A DNA stretch of 62,503 bases, the filler included, from Hausera hauseri (taxonomy: Eukaryota), in NCBI GenBank assembly GCA_046269625.1. It is 11 parts of 11 records of this genome, joined end to end, with 100 filler letters (N's around TTAATTAATTAA, not from the genome) between each part and the next. Parts side by side here need not be neighbours in the genome. Positions count along the whole stretch, not along the records: positions 22,296 to 27,640 come from JBJURY010274285.1; positions 27,741 to 33,713 come from JBJURY010159533.1; positions 33,814 to 38,176 come from JBJURY010616887.1; 8 more parts are not named here. The stretch is one strand, 5' to 3'. The notes under the pieces are model-generated. The model saw only the letters and a list, made by a program, of their open reading frames with translations, ran no database searches and was not told the origin of the DNA. The first letter of the stretch is position 1. Each line of letters starts with the position of its first letter. A program made the translations under genes and the position numbers. This document shows positions 25,989 through 38,276 of the stretch, piece by piece.

Positions 25989-26150
25989 ATAGCTTTGTAT
26001 TTGTTACGACGTGTTATATATTTGTATTAATAAATCTTACAAAAATATCGAGTTGTTTTCTTGATCACGTAATATGGGTCAATGCGAAGTAAAATTATTT
26101 TCATTAAACATTTATTTCATAACAAATCTTTGGCCTAACTCTAAACACTT

Positions 26151-26504
26151 TTAATAAGCACAATGTAAACCACGTTCACGATAAATACATGTAATGTTCT
26201 TTGGTATAGCTACCAATTTGTCACATTCATATGTACATATTCGTAATTCTGAAAATGTAATGTTAAATATCTTCTTTCGACCATCAGCATGATCCTTGAC
26301 GTAAAAGGTAGCATCACGTATATCACACATAGTGTCAATGTCTCGCATGAAGCAATCTCTGCAAAGCTGGGTATTATATTCTTCCCACGTCAGTTTGTGA
26401 TGCATTTGCGTCAAATAGGCATTTCTTACTTGCACCTTGTTCGTGCAGCAATGTATTGTACGTCTAAAAATAACATATATTACATGTATTATACTAAAAT
26501 TCAT
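26151..26504 (-). CDS. Small Cys-containing hypothetical ORF in the Polinton fragment
   Basis: ORF only (LCRDC...CTYEC); no family recognised. Confidence 0.3.
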   Translation of the reverse strand: MNFSIIHVIYVIFRRTIHCCTNKVQVRNAYLTQMHHKLTWEEYNTQLCRDCFMRDIDTMCDIRDATFYVKDHADGRKKIFNITFSELRICTYECDKLVAIPKNITCIYRERGLHCAY

Positions 26505-26532
26505 TTACGCAAATACATAATGTAGTGGATTA

Positions 26533-26619
26533 TTACCCTACGGCCTTATACAGCTCCTTTATGAGGTATTCATTATTATTATCCACAAATCCCTCTAAGT
26601 CAATAAAGAAGACAGCCAT
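26533..26619 (-). pseudogene. Truncated Maverick accessory gene, DEDD-like N-terminus
   Basis: MAVFFIDLEGFVDNNNEYLIKEL resembles the DxxGF...KEL start I recall for a Maverick-associated ORF family; immediately downstream of the protease. Confidence 0.4.
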
Positions 26620-26662
26620 TATTTCAACAACATTTATTAACACAACAATGTTTATAACATTT

Positions 26663-26998
26663 TTATCTATATTGACGTCTAAGCCAGTCCACACAATAAT
26701 TCCCACATAGAAATGCCAATAGACGTTGATACATAATTTCATTGTATGTGACAGCTTGCCGCATACGTTCCTATTTCGTCACCAATGATGATTGGTAATA
26801 CATCCCAAGGGGATCAAACACTTGAATATTATCTGCTGAAACATGTATTGCTATCCAGTGTTCTATTGGTAAATTAGATGAATGTGTATTAATCACATAT
26901 CATCCATTGAGAAGATAGTCTGGAACTTTATCCAAAAGATATACTCTACGGAAATTTCGGAGTCTGCCTAAGGCCTTTTCAATCTGAAATGTACGGCA
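26663..26998 (-). pseudogene. Adenain-like cysteine (maturation) protease of the Polinton; not in the ORF track
   Basis: Manual translation: ...YVINTHSSNLPIEHWIAI...VFDPLG...YNEIMYQRLLAFLCGNYCVDWL, giving catalytic H (HW), D (FD) and Q-x5-CG.YC; two internal stops. Confidence 0.85.
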
Positions 26999-27063
26999 TG
27001 TATAAATATAATTCCTTAAAAACTTAATTCATATCAACATCCAACAACAATTACTGGCACTGT

Positions 27064-27640
27064 TTATGCAATAATTAGTCCATCTTTGCGAATTTGTATC
27101 TCAGTATCGAAAACTCCACATATATACATTGTAACAGAATTTTCTAACGCCTTGTGGAATCTTAAATCTAATTTCAAATTGCCTGTTCGTGGAATTTGTG
27201 GTTGATCAACATCAAGGTCCGGTACTAAAACAAATGTAAAGAAGGGATACTTTTCTTTGAATTCATTCACGGTGATGCCATTATTCATATTTTTATTCAC
27301 AAGTCCCATGTTTAGTATTGTGGACCGATAATATGCTTCAGTAAAGTCATTCGTTTCAAAGTCTACTCTATATCTATCCCTATAGTCAATACCTTGAGAC
27401 GAGGATTAGGGAACTAATATTGCAGTGATCAAATGCTGAACAGTATGAGGTGTATTCACCACTGACTTTACCACTAGTCTGAAATGTTACCAATACTAAT
27501 TTTTCTAGACGTTCATCACTAAATAGATTGTCCTTGTATTCGCCATGTGATCCCTTGGGAATTGAAAATTGAACTATTTTGGCTCTTCGTGCGGGATATA
27601 TGGTATTTTGACTATCAAGACCCAATGCATGGCCATTCTC
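27064..27640 (-). pseudogene. Polinton-type major capsid protein (double jelly-roll), C-terminal part
   Basis: YPARRAKIVQFSIPKG..DNLF..., DF..FTEAYY, FFTFVLVPDL...GNLKLDLRFHKALENSVTMYICGVFDTEIQI match the Maverick/adintovirus capsid C-terminus; frameshift near 27400. Confidence 0.75.
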
Positions 27641-28554
27641 NNNNNNNNNNNNNNNNNNNNNNNNNNNNNNNNNNNNNNNNNNNNTTAATTAATTAANNNN
27701 NNNNNNNNNNNNNNNNNNNNNNNNNNNNNNNNNNNNNNNNGTTTCTTTGTTAGTCCGTTAACTGAATACAATTTAGAATAGCACTCCTCCAATATACTCC
27801 CAAAATATATACATACATAGAATTTTAAATACATATATAAAAATTTACTAATTTAAAACTTCGAAAATTTGAAATCTACAATCAAATATGACCTTGACAT
27901 ACTTTTACCGGATTAAATCAAAACACGGTGAGTATGTGTGTAACATTTTGATTTATTCAACGGGGTATATCAGTAGAGGTTACCTTTAGGTGGTATGTGG
28001 CTTGAAAATTTGATTAGCAAATAGCAATTTAATTTCATTTAAAATAACTAATATATACGCATCCTTGTGAAAACTGAATAAATTTTATTTTACTCTATAT
28101 TGATACAAAATTTTTATTTTTGTTTTGCGCCCGAATTATTATTTTTTTATAAGACTTTGGAAAATGTTTAGAGGATTCATAAACTTTCTTAATGCTTCTA
28201 ATTGTTTGGATGCATTTTATTGATTATGAATAGGTAACTTTTATTTGTGATTGGGTACCATTTCAAAACATATTAATTTCTGTTTATTGTTGGCCAAAAT
28301 CAGCAAATAGGTAGGTTTTTAAAGACGACAAATAAACCCTTAAAAGTTTTTGGAAACATGTGAATTATTTTATAAAAATGTCTGTAATACTAATATTAAC
28401 TAAGGTGCCAATAAAATCAAAATCACAAATGAACATTTTAAATATCGAAAATAAAAGTTGAAACGAATTATTATATTAAATATTATATTAAATATATTAA
28501 ATTTTTATATACGAATTATTGTATTAAAATTTTTGATATTAAATCTCAATATCC

Positions 28555-28911
28555 ATGTGGAATTTCCATATTGAAAATAGGAAGTAGCGATACGATATCG
28601 CAATATTCCAAAAATAGAATGACGTAATCTTATTTTTAAAATGACGTCACTCCCAAAATAGATTTGATATTAAATCTCAATATCCATGTGGTTATTTTTA
28701 AAATGACGTCACCCCCAAAATAGAAGTAAGCAAGTATAAATACCTTCATAAAATTCTCTCAAAAAACTCTCTAGAAACTTTGGAACCTGAATTTATTTGA
28801 TTTTATCTGACAGATCACAGGTTAGGCCTTGTGGTAAATTTGCAAATAATCATCATATTATTAGGACCATGGCCGAAAACCATTACAATAATTCATTAGA
28901 AGGAACGACGG
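28555..28911 (+). promoter_or_regulatory. Pol II promoter plus leader: CRE sites (28642, 28704), TATAAATA (28735), 44-nt 5'UTR intron (28821-28864), leader exon ATG 28869 MAENHYNNSLEGTT ending at a phase-1 donor (28912)
   Basis: TGACGTCA palindromes, TATA box and GT/AG sites, all conserved in the homologous block at 44157-44458. Confidence 0.7.
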
Positions 28912-30014
28912 GTATGTATCCTCTCAGTTTACTTATGATTATTTTTTTTGATTCTTTTATTTTTTCTGTATAAGTTTGTATTTTAATAAATATTTGAAAA
29001 ATAAATAAAATGAGCCACGAAGGTGATATGTGACAGTTGCTGGAACCCCGAAGACTCCTTGAATGCGAACGCACGGAGAAGTATGTGAGAAAGAGATGAC
29101 GCGACATATGATGGAGTAACAATGCGTCGATGTGATGAACGATTATTTTCCTGAAGCACTGTAAAGTAGACAATTTGTGATAATGATTACATCAACAATT
29201 TAATTGCGACATACCGACATTGCGGTTTTGGTTATTACAGGATATTCTATTTATATCGAGTGTAATTCGATTGCAGAAGTCAGTGGAAAGATCACCAACT
29301 CCAAGCCATCTCATTTTGATCAAGATTATAGAAGATTGCATATATCAAAAGGTTAGACTGAGGATGAGCTGTTAAGGGAAGAATGGGTTCATGGTAATGC
29401 GTACTCATGAGATGTTCATCCTGTGTATAATGATAATGATTTATTCGTGACGAAATATAATAAGCGCCTTGCATTTGTTGATACAATCACGCATTGTTAA
29501 AATTTATATTTAGGTAGACGGCTAAAATATGTAGCATCCGCCGATATATTCAGACGTTGATTTATTCAAATGAAATTTATATTTAGACATTCGGGTAGAA
29601 CATGTGTCTTCCGTTGCGGTTACGAGGTTGCGAACGATTTATTCGAGATATTTTAAGTTATTATTCCGTTGTGGTTATGTGATTATAGATGATTCGAAGT
29701 GTTTTAGGTTATTTCAATCAATCTCCTATTACGGTTATGACCTTGATCCATCGTTTATGTTGCGCCAAAATACAATGTGTTCTTTTGATTATCGTGTATT
29801 TTAATTAACATTTTATTACGGCTGTGTCCTTAGTCCATCGTTTATGTTATGTTGAAGTACAATGTGTTCGTCTGGACAAGGAATAAATTTATGGGATCGA
29901 GGAAACGGCGGTGAATTAGAAAAATCATCATCAAGTATAGTGGATGAACGAATACCTAATGAGGAGAAAATGTTGGGACATTGGTATTCAGGTTTATCAT
30001 AAATGAATCGAACA

Positions 30015-30190
30015 ATTATTGGTTTCGTATTTTAACTAATGAGATAAATTTGAAGATTTGGGATTTATCATGAATTAATTGGTTTCGCATTTTAATTGAT
30101 GAGATAAATTTATTTGAAGATTTGGGATTTATCATGAATTAATTGGTTTCGCATTTTTGATTGATTAGATAAAATTGTTTGAAGATTCAG
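30015..30190. repeat. ~60-65 bp tandem repeat, about 3 copies
   Basis: ATTGGTTTCG.ATTTT...GATAAA...TTTGAAGATTTGGGATTTATCATGAATT recurs. Confidence 0.85.
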
Positions 30191-31320
30191 AAGTTATCAT
30201 AGAAGGAATTAATTATTTGGTGGAAACCTTGGGGTCATTATGGTGTATCATTCAATTAACTAGTCAGAAGAGTGGAGTTCTGGGAGATTATGTACTGTAT
30301 TCATTTAGATTTGGATCATTTAATGTTTTTGTATTTACTTTATGTTGGATCAGATATCGAACACAAACTGGATGTGTTTTTTGAGATTAATGAGAAGAAA
30401 TATATTGAATATTATGTCAGCTATTCTCGCTTCCAAGTATCATTAATGACACACTTTTAAGAAATATATAGTTCATTATTATGCCCCAATGATTAAAGGC
30501 GCAGGTATCTCGTATACCGAACCGCCATCGGACTCCCCCTTCAGGTTCAGTGAAGGATTTGTTTGTATGTTACTAGTATTGACAGAGCACTTGGAAATAC
30601 CTAAATATATTAGAACCTAACACTGTGTCAAATAGTAACAACAGGAAGAGCCTAGATAATGAAAGTTTATTATTGAAAATAAAGATATTTGAAAAGAAAT
30701 AGAAACTGTGAAGAAAAGATTTGAAAATATTGATAATCATAATGAAAATAATGTTAACATATAATTTAAGAAAATCTGCAATACCTTGTATAAATGAAAA
30801 CCATGTAAGTTGTAAAGCATTCTTTCGAGAAATGGTTATGTTATTGAAAGAGAATCATTGAGGGGCAAAGCGCAGTTGGAAATCGATGAGATGTTCGTAG
30901 AGCGAGAATTCAAAATCGACAATATTCAATTGTAAAAGGGTTTCGCTGTTGAAATGGTTGTACGAAAAGCAAATTTTATCAAAGAAAATTGCATATTTCT
31001 GATCTTTATTGTATTAATAACAATTTTCCTTTATATTAACACACCAGTGGATTATATATTTTAATGAGAAAGTAAGACAGCGGCTCCAGGTGGAGTTCTT
31101 GTAGTGTGGATTTCAATGTAGTAGGGGATGAAATGGGGCAAATTATCACGTGTATTGTGGATTGCTACATACATTGTGAATTATGGCAAAAAAAAATAAA
31201 ATTGCCCTGGCAATAGGGATAAAGGAATTCAATAAATATTGAATTCCGAGAATTTTTTTAAATTTTAAAAATTACGAAGTTCATAGTGTCTGATCTAGAT
31301 GACACAAAATTCAGAGATTG

Positions 31321-33519
31321 ATGATGAGAAAGAAATCGTTTTTCAAAATTCCCGATCTAGAAAGACTTAAAAAAGTAGCAGTCGAAGCCTATCGAACCAT
31401 GGCATACCAAGTAGCTGATTTTATGAGCGGAGTTATGTGAGACCTTATTAAAGAAGTTGAAATATCTCCAAGTCTTGACGTTATAAAGGACATTGTGAAT
31501 GATTTCGAAAAACTTACTGAAACAATATCGAAGAGTTATGAAAATGATGAGTCGTACATAAAGACGTTAATGAAGTCTAGACGAGATTATTACTCCAATC
31601 TTAGAATACTGTGCATTTTTGAAAAAGTACAAATGAGAGTTACACGAACGTTTGATGATATATCGAAGACGCTTTACAAAAGGTTCATAGAAGCAGAAAC
31701 ATATGCAGCTGTGTACGAACCAACGAAGACACTGGTCGATAAACTATCGTATGCAAATGTAAAAACAATCGTAAGTTTGTTTGTTAAAACGTTGGAAAAG
31801 ATGAGTTCACCTTGGAATGCATTGACATATGACAATGCAGATCGATTGGATACATGAAGTAAAAAATTAAAAGCTATTTGTGGTGTAACCGGAACTACGT
31901 CTGGCGCCCTTACGTCTATAATAAACACAAGTAAGCTGAAGGAAATGTTTAAAATGTTCCGAAAAATCGAACTTCAGATTCTAGAAGCTATTAGTAAAGT
32001 AATAGAAACAGAAACAGTAAAGACCAACCTGAATTACTACAAGGAAAGCCTCGACAACAGAAAAGAGTCCATTAAGACAGCTAGAGATTTGAGAAAACAA
32101 GCAACTCGACTCACAAAAACTTCAAATTCTCTATCTCAATTGATACTGATCGGCGACTTCGTTTGATCAATGAAATACAAACAAATGTTTCTAAATGTTT
32201 TGAGACTCAACAAGACAGTTTTTGAAACGAACTCGAAAGAGGTGTACTTAACCGTTAGAATGTACATATTTCCATTACGAAAACCACCAGCGAAGTTGTT
32301 GAAAATTATCTGAAGTTGGTTCCCGATAGAAGCTGTCTACCGAATAATGGATGATAGACTTGGGAACAAAATTCTCGAACTTTCCTATCGATGTGAATAT
32401 CTTGCTCACATTTACAATTTGTCTAAATTGTTAAAAAAGCTACTGCCACCATTTAAAAGAACGGCTTGGGTCATGAAAAGAAATTCGACCATTGCCTTCG
32501 ACGAAATTTCAGTAAATGTCGGAAAAAGCCAATACTCTTATATCTTGGCACATGGATTTAAAACAAAAGGTTTTACATTGAAGTTGATAACAAGCCACGA
32601 TGGAATGGTCACTGATTATAAACTATATTATATTGAAAAGGGTTTAACCTCATCAAATGGATTGGTAGAAGTCGACGGAAACACATTGCTTCATCTGTCA
32701 GAAGTATACAAAAAGACCAACCAAGCTTGGGAAATCTACCGAAATGGAGAATTAATGAAAATTAAGACTCCGAAAGAGCTGACAATAAAGTATTTAACAG
32801 AATTTGACAATTTGAAACTAGTCCTTCGTGGTTATTGACATGGATCTGTCAGAAGTCTTTTGGGGTTAAATGATCTTGACAAATTAAATGATTTGATCTT
32901 ATCAAATGGTTATGTAGCCTATGTCATTGGAATTCTGTTGAAGGAATGGAGCATTGGAAAATACCAAGTAAAAACAAAAACCGGTTTGTATGCGATTCGA
33001 GATGATGGAGATGAACTGCAGAAATGCGTTCGGTTATTTAAGTCCGAATCAACTTCGTACCTCGAGAGATGTTTTAGTGTAATTGATCAAGAACCACACT
33101 ACAGTATGACTAGCACGAATCTTCAATATGGCAAAATGAATAATAAACAATTTAAACGATTCCTATGCGATTTATCGAGAAATTATGTGATCCGACGTAG
33201 ATTCAAAGGAATGCTATCACGTTTGGACAGAACATCTGTGAAATACAAAACCGCGTATATTGACAAAATTTCTCATAGCGTGGCCCAAAACTTTCATTAC
33301 GTACTCCTAATAAAACAAAGAAATCGTCTGAACAGATATCAACAGTTAATTAGAAAGTTGTATATGACATTAGGTTTAAGCGGGACCATCGAATTCAGCC
33401 TCATTTCGTATAGAACTAAATGTCAGTATGAACGTGTCAGTATTCGAATGCCGTTCAAATATTATCATGCGTTTTTGTTATTGTTCTCTTGGTTCCTTCG
33501 GTGTGGTCGGGGATCGTGA
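31321..33519 (+). pseudogene. 733-codon single frame broken only by five TGA codons; weak piggyBac-transposase-like motifs
   Basis: ORFs 31495, 31945, 32347 and 32860 are all in one frame; internal stops TGA at 31438, 31855, 32164, 32311 and 32836. Confidence 0.6.
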
Positions 33520-34538
33520 TTCTCGTGTGATTGATAAAATCTGTGTTTATTGGGGTACAAGTACTTAAAGGTGAAAATATTCCCCCGCGGAGCGGCACCG
33601 CGAAAACAATGGCCAGACGTGTTTGTAAAATTAACGTATATTCCCTTTCATATGGTTATATATTGGGTAGGAGAGCTTGGGAATTAAAGTGGTATATGAA
33701 TTACATTGTGTGGNNNNNNNNNNNNNNNNNNNNNNNNNNNNNNNNNNNNNNNNNNNNTTAATTAATTAANNNNNNNNNNNNNNNNNNNNNNNNNNNNNNN
33801 NNNNNNNNNNNNNGTAATAGCCAACGAACAGACAAAAGAAGAAGCTACACGTAAAGCCAAAGCAGAACAATGCGTAGGGCAAATCATGGGAGTTCGAGAC
33901 GCTGCACTATATTTTGAGTATTTGCAAACAGACGAAGATAAGGAACAATACGACATAAATCTAGTACCACTAAGTGAAACAACCATTAAGGGTCCAAGAC
34001 CGAAACGCCCAATAGGCAGACCTAGGAAACTGCGAGAAGAAGTTGATTACAACGGAGAATTAATTAAAGAATTGAGACAGATGTCGATTCCGACTCTTAG
34101 CCCAGATAACGAGGAATTCAGAGAGTTAATAAAAATTTAATACCTATTGTGAATTATTCTATTTTTCGAGGAGATGCGTTGGATAATAAAGAAAAGATAA
34201 TTCTCGATGCATCCAAAATGATGAGAAGTTCACGTTTCAAACTATCAGAAAGTAACTTAACCGACGAGTCAGTGATAGAAAAGATCATGGTGGAAAACAC
34301 GAATGAAGAATTAAGAAAAGTATTACTATACTTAGCTAACAAAATAAATCCTAATCGAGAGAATGAAATCAATAGGACTATAGGCTTAGCACGGAGAGCG
34401 GCAAGAAGAATGCCTTGCGAAGTAAATTGGGCAAGACTATTTGACAAGGAAGAGGACAAACGAAACAACAATAAACTCGACGATATGTTACGTAGCCTGA
34501 CGACGTCAGACGTTGGAGGTCGAAAAAATGAATCAAAT

Positions 34539-36390
34539 TGGCTAATTAACTTGCTTACTTTAATGATGCTAATAATGCAGATAAGCGCGGTAACCGTCTA
34601 TGATTGCGATAAGTTTAAATTAGGAGAGAAATATTCTTTAATAGATCTAGAAGTATGCGAGGACGCCAGGCCGCACAAATTGGAAACAAGAGAAAAAAGT
34701 TACTTTCTTTATCAACAACAAAAATTGATATCATTAGATGGAATGGAGTGTATGTTGAGACGATCGCGTAGTATCTTCCACTGTGGACTAATACACGGAC
34801 ATTCCTCTATAATTAAGCCAACTACTCCGCTAATTCCAATGTATTTAGAACGCCAACATTGCAAACAAGCTAAAGGGAACGGAAGAGTACAATGGGATAG
34901 TATACAATTAGAAATGCAACCAGGAAAGATAATCAGAGCATACAAAGTAGTAGCTAAACGGCTGGATATGCATACCGGACATTGCAATGGAGCAGAATAC
35001 GATACCGGTAAAGGATTAGAACCAAACGTGGTAGGTGTGGATTTCTAAAAATCAGAAATGCGATCACAGAAGGTAATGTTCCATAGTGTCACTAAGTTAT
35101 GCACTGAGAATCAGAAATGCCATTTACAAGACGGAACCTGTGCTTTTAGAAGTTTGGTAATAATATGGGAACCTCCCTCTGGAAGAAGCTGTAACTTTAT
35201 CAAAAATAAGGAGCTAAAGTTTAATGAAACTACCGGAAAACGATATGTAGACAAATCGGAGACTAATTCAAGAACAAGCGAAGATGTATCGGAACACCCT
35301 ACACCTACGATATTAATCTCAGACCCGCATGGATTAAACTTTATAAAAAAAGAGATGATGACTCGCTGTGATGTAGTAATATTCGCCACGAACTATGAAG
35401 AGTTCTTTGTAGCCAAAACGGAGATAAACGCGAGGACCTACAAATTGGAAACACAAGATGTCCGGATTGAGGAATACATGAAAAATAGAGATGATTACTT
35501 CTACTATAAAGGACAAGTCGGAATAACGGAATTATATAATAAAATGATAATGAATGACTGCAAATTGGATATGGAAATCATGAGAACTAAAATGGCTCTG
35601 ATATATGCAAACCCAGAATTAACTTCACCAATAATTCCCATGAGAGAAGTCATTTTCGGTCGGGTAACAGGCGAAGTATTGCTAACTTATAAATGTGAAA
35701 ATAGAGATGTACCCATCAACGTGGAAGAAAAACGTTGCATCCAGGAACTTCCTGTTATTTACCAAAATATTCCAAGATTAGTTACACCGCTGACGAGAGT
35801 GTTACTGGATAACGCTACCCAGCCAACCATCCTTAAAAATTGCAAGGCAAGCTTAGGAGAACCCATGTTTAGACGTCGTGACACAGACTGGGTCAGCCTG
35901 CCGAATGGAGGTAGCATTGCCTCCCCAAATAAATTGACAGGAACAAATCTGGCGAAATGAATCACGGACGATAAATTTCAAAACACCTTATCAAAAGTTA
36001 TATCGAAAAGGAAGGAAGAAAATCGAAACTTTCAGACAATTTCTCGCCTTTCCGCGACAGCAGACACATGAATTAAGCCGAGCCATGGCTTCTGTAGTAG
36101 ATGATACACGATACCAGGCTAAATGGGAATCTTTACTTGGCGTAAATCATTACCAATGAGTAACCACTGAAATACACTATAAAATTTGGAGAGGATTTTT
36201 GATTTTCGGACAAGCAGCATCTGGATTTTTAGCGATATACTTTCTGATACTAATGATTAAGGCAGTTATCGAAGCAGTAATTAATGGATACGAGATATTT
36301 ACATTGACTGGATTCTCTTGCAAAATACTGACTGCAATCATAACGCCTTTTGGAAAATTCTTAAATGCATACAAAGAAAGTAGATGGAAA
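34539..36390 (+). pseudogene. Chuvirus-like glycoprotein, copy 3
   Basis: WLINLLTLMMLIMQISA|VTVYDC...IFHCGLIHGHSSI...NDCKLDMEI...RCIQELPVIY...PLTRVL...FGQAASGFLAIYFLILMIKAVIEAVINGYEIFTLTGF. Confidence 0.8.
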
Positions 36391-37248
36391 TTGGACGTAG
36401 AACTCCATGTTGGCTATTATAATCACAAGCGAAAAGGGAGACCTATATTCTTGCGGAAACGAAAAGTTACAAAACCTAGTACACAAAAAAATAATTCAGA
36501 TGATGACGAGCCTAAGGTAGGAGAGATACTTTCAGGTATGAACAGACACCAGATGTATTCTGTCATTAAAGCGCCATTGCCTATGCTACCTCCTACCGCT
36601 CCAATCTACGAAGACTGTAACAAACGATCAATGAGTTCATATCAGACAGAAATATGTAAAAGAACAATTAATGTTGAAGATCCTTATGAAGGAACAAAAC
36701 GTTACGGAATTCTACGTAAAATGTGCTACCGACAATCCACAGATGATCCCAAGATGTTGTACTCACCGAGGGAATCTAAGAATATAAAAACTAGATCAAC
36801 GGTCTGGGACAACTCAAGGCTAAAAACTTTCCAAAATACCGACTTAAACACTAACAATCGAGAACCATTAATTAGTACACATGAAACGGAAGAATTACAC
36901 ATAGAAAACAACGGGTTAGATCCAAACGGAGAATTAAGACAGTTGGCAGAGAATATAGTATCCTCCTCGGAAATGCGAATCAATGGACACAAAATATCAG
37001 TAACTAAAGGTTCAAAAGTAGCATCGAACTGTTTTGGAACGGTAATAGAAGGAAAGCCCTTTGCTAAAATTATTATCGAAGATTGGGAAGTCTATGCCTT
37101 AATTGATACAGGATCCGAAATGTCTTACATCAAAAATGATTCAATACCTCAAACACTGAGAGGACAATTATATCCACCGTCTACGAAAGATCCAGAAAAT
37201 ACAGGAGCTTTTGGCCAGATGTCAAAACTGGTGTCTAAATGGAACTAA
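36199..37248 (+). CDS. Uninterrupted ORF joining glycoprotein TM and tail to the aspartic protease
   Basis: 349 aa with TM (GFLAIYFLILMIKAVI) at the N-terminus and YALIDTGSEMSYI (DTG at 37105) near the C-terminus. Confidence 0.9.
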   Translation: MIFGQAASGFLAIYFLILMIKAVIEAVINGYEIFTLTGFSCKILTAIITPFGKFLNAYKESRWKLDVELHVGYYNHKRKGRPIFLRKRKVTKPSTQKNNSDDDEPKVGEILSGMNRHQMYSVIKAPLPMLPPTAPIYEDCNKRSMSSYQTEICKRTINVEDPYEGTKRYGILRKMCYRQSTDDPKMLYSPRESKNIKTRSTVWDNSRLKTFQNTDLNTNNREPLISTHETEELHIENNGLDPNGELRQLAENIVSSSEMRINGHKISVTKGSKVASNCFGTVIEGKPFAKIIIEDWEVYALIDTGSEMSYIKNDSIPQTLRGQLYPPSTKDPENTGAFGQMSKLVSKWN

Positions 37249-37975
37249 GAAATTCAAATAGTTGGACAGATTTTCCGTCACGAATTTGCAGTTATGGAAC
37301 AACTAACTGACGACGTAAATCTAGGATGCGACTTACTAAAAATATTACCAAATACAGCGATTGACCTACAAACAGGAAAATTAATAGAAATCAGACCAAA
37401 TAAAGGCGTAAAAACGCTAAAGATCGAAAATTTGGAGAAGTGTGGATACCAATCGAAGAAAACATTCCACCGAGAACAGAAATAATAATTTATGTTTAAG
37501 TTCAACAAGACAACGATCAACCGGTGTACTTCGAACCAAAGGAGACATTAAATTTAAATATAATACGAAGTACCATACTAACCAGAGTACACTCTGGTCG
37601 AGTGCCAATGAGATTAGCTAACAATGCGCAGACTCCCGTCAAGCTGATGCTTATACCACTCTAGGAGATACGTATGGGATATCCTCTATAATTATTGAAG
37701 AAAAGCCTTATAAATATGCCGAATTTCCACCTCATGTCGAAACTAAGTTCTTTCCCGAATCTTATTGTCGATTCTATGAATTATTATGCCGATATAAATC
37801 GATTATTGCTAAGGATGACGAAGACATCGGTAGAGCGAAAGCATTAAGATTGACTATTCCGTTCAAGAAAAAGCCCGGTTTGAATGAAGAAATAGATCTT
37901 GAGGATCAGAAGATGCCGAAATGGTACCCTCCACCACATTCGCTAAGGCCCGAGATAACAGAGGAAGTCGAATGA

Positions 37976-38176
37976 ATGCTTAAGGCCGATATAATTAGGC
38001 TCAGTTATAGATCCTGGTACTCACCTATCCTTATGGTTAAAAAGAAAGGTACTACGAAGCATCGATTCTGTATTGATTACAGAGCCTTAAATAATCTTAT
38101 GATGAAAGATTCCTTCCCATTACCGTCGGTAAAAGAGGCCTTAGACAGGCTCTCAGGAGCAAAATGGTTTACAACT
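37976..38176 (+). pseudogene. Reverse transcriptase N-terminus, copy 3 (runs off contig)
   Basis: SWYSPILMVKKKG..HRFCIDYRALN..FPLP..LDRLSGAKWFTT. Confidence 0.93.
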
Positions 38177-38276
38177 NNNNNNNNNNNNNNNNNNNNNNNN
38201 NNNNNNNNNNNNNNNNNNNNTTAATTAATTAANNNNNNNNNNNNNNNNNNNNNNNNNNNNNNNNNNNNNNNNNNNN

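Larger units (their letters stand above)
22296..27640. mobile_element. Degenerate Polinton/Maverick (adintovirus-like) element fragment: pPolB (+) converging with capsid and protease genes (-)
   Basis: Protein-primed PolB, adenain-like protease and the C-terminus of a Polinton-type major capsid protein lie in one contig. Confidence 0.85.
33814..38176 (+). mobile_element. Same gypsy family, copy 3 (end of N-terminal region, full glycoprotein, protease, start of RT)
   Basis: Colinear with 1640-6001; least disrupted copy. Confidence 0.95.

Noticed and set aside
31321-33519. Genome-wide UGA reassignment
   Set aside because: POLE has no in-frame TGA in more than 2170 codons and TGG is used for Trp; CGA-to-TGA decay is simpler. 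Kept only as a local finding.
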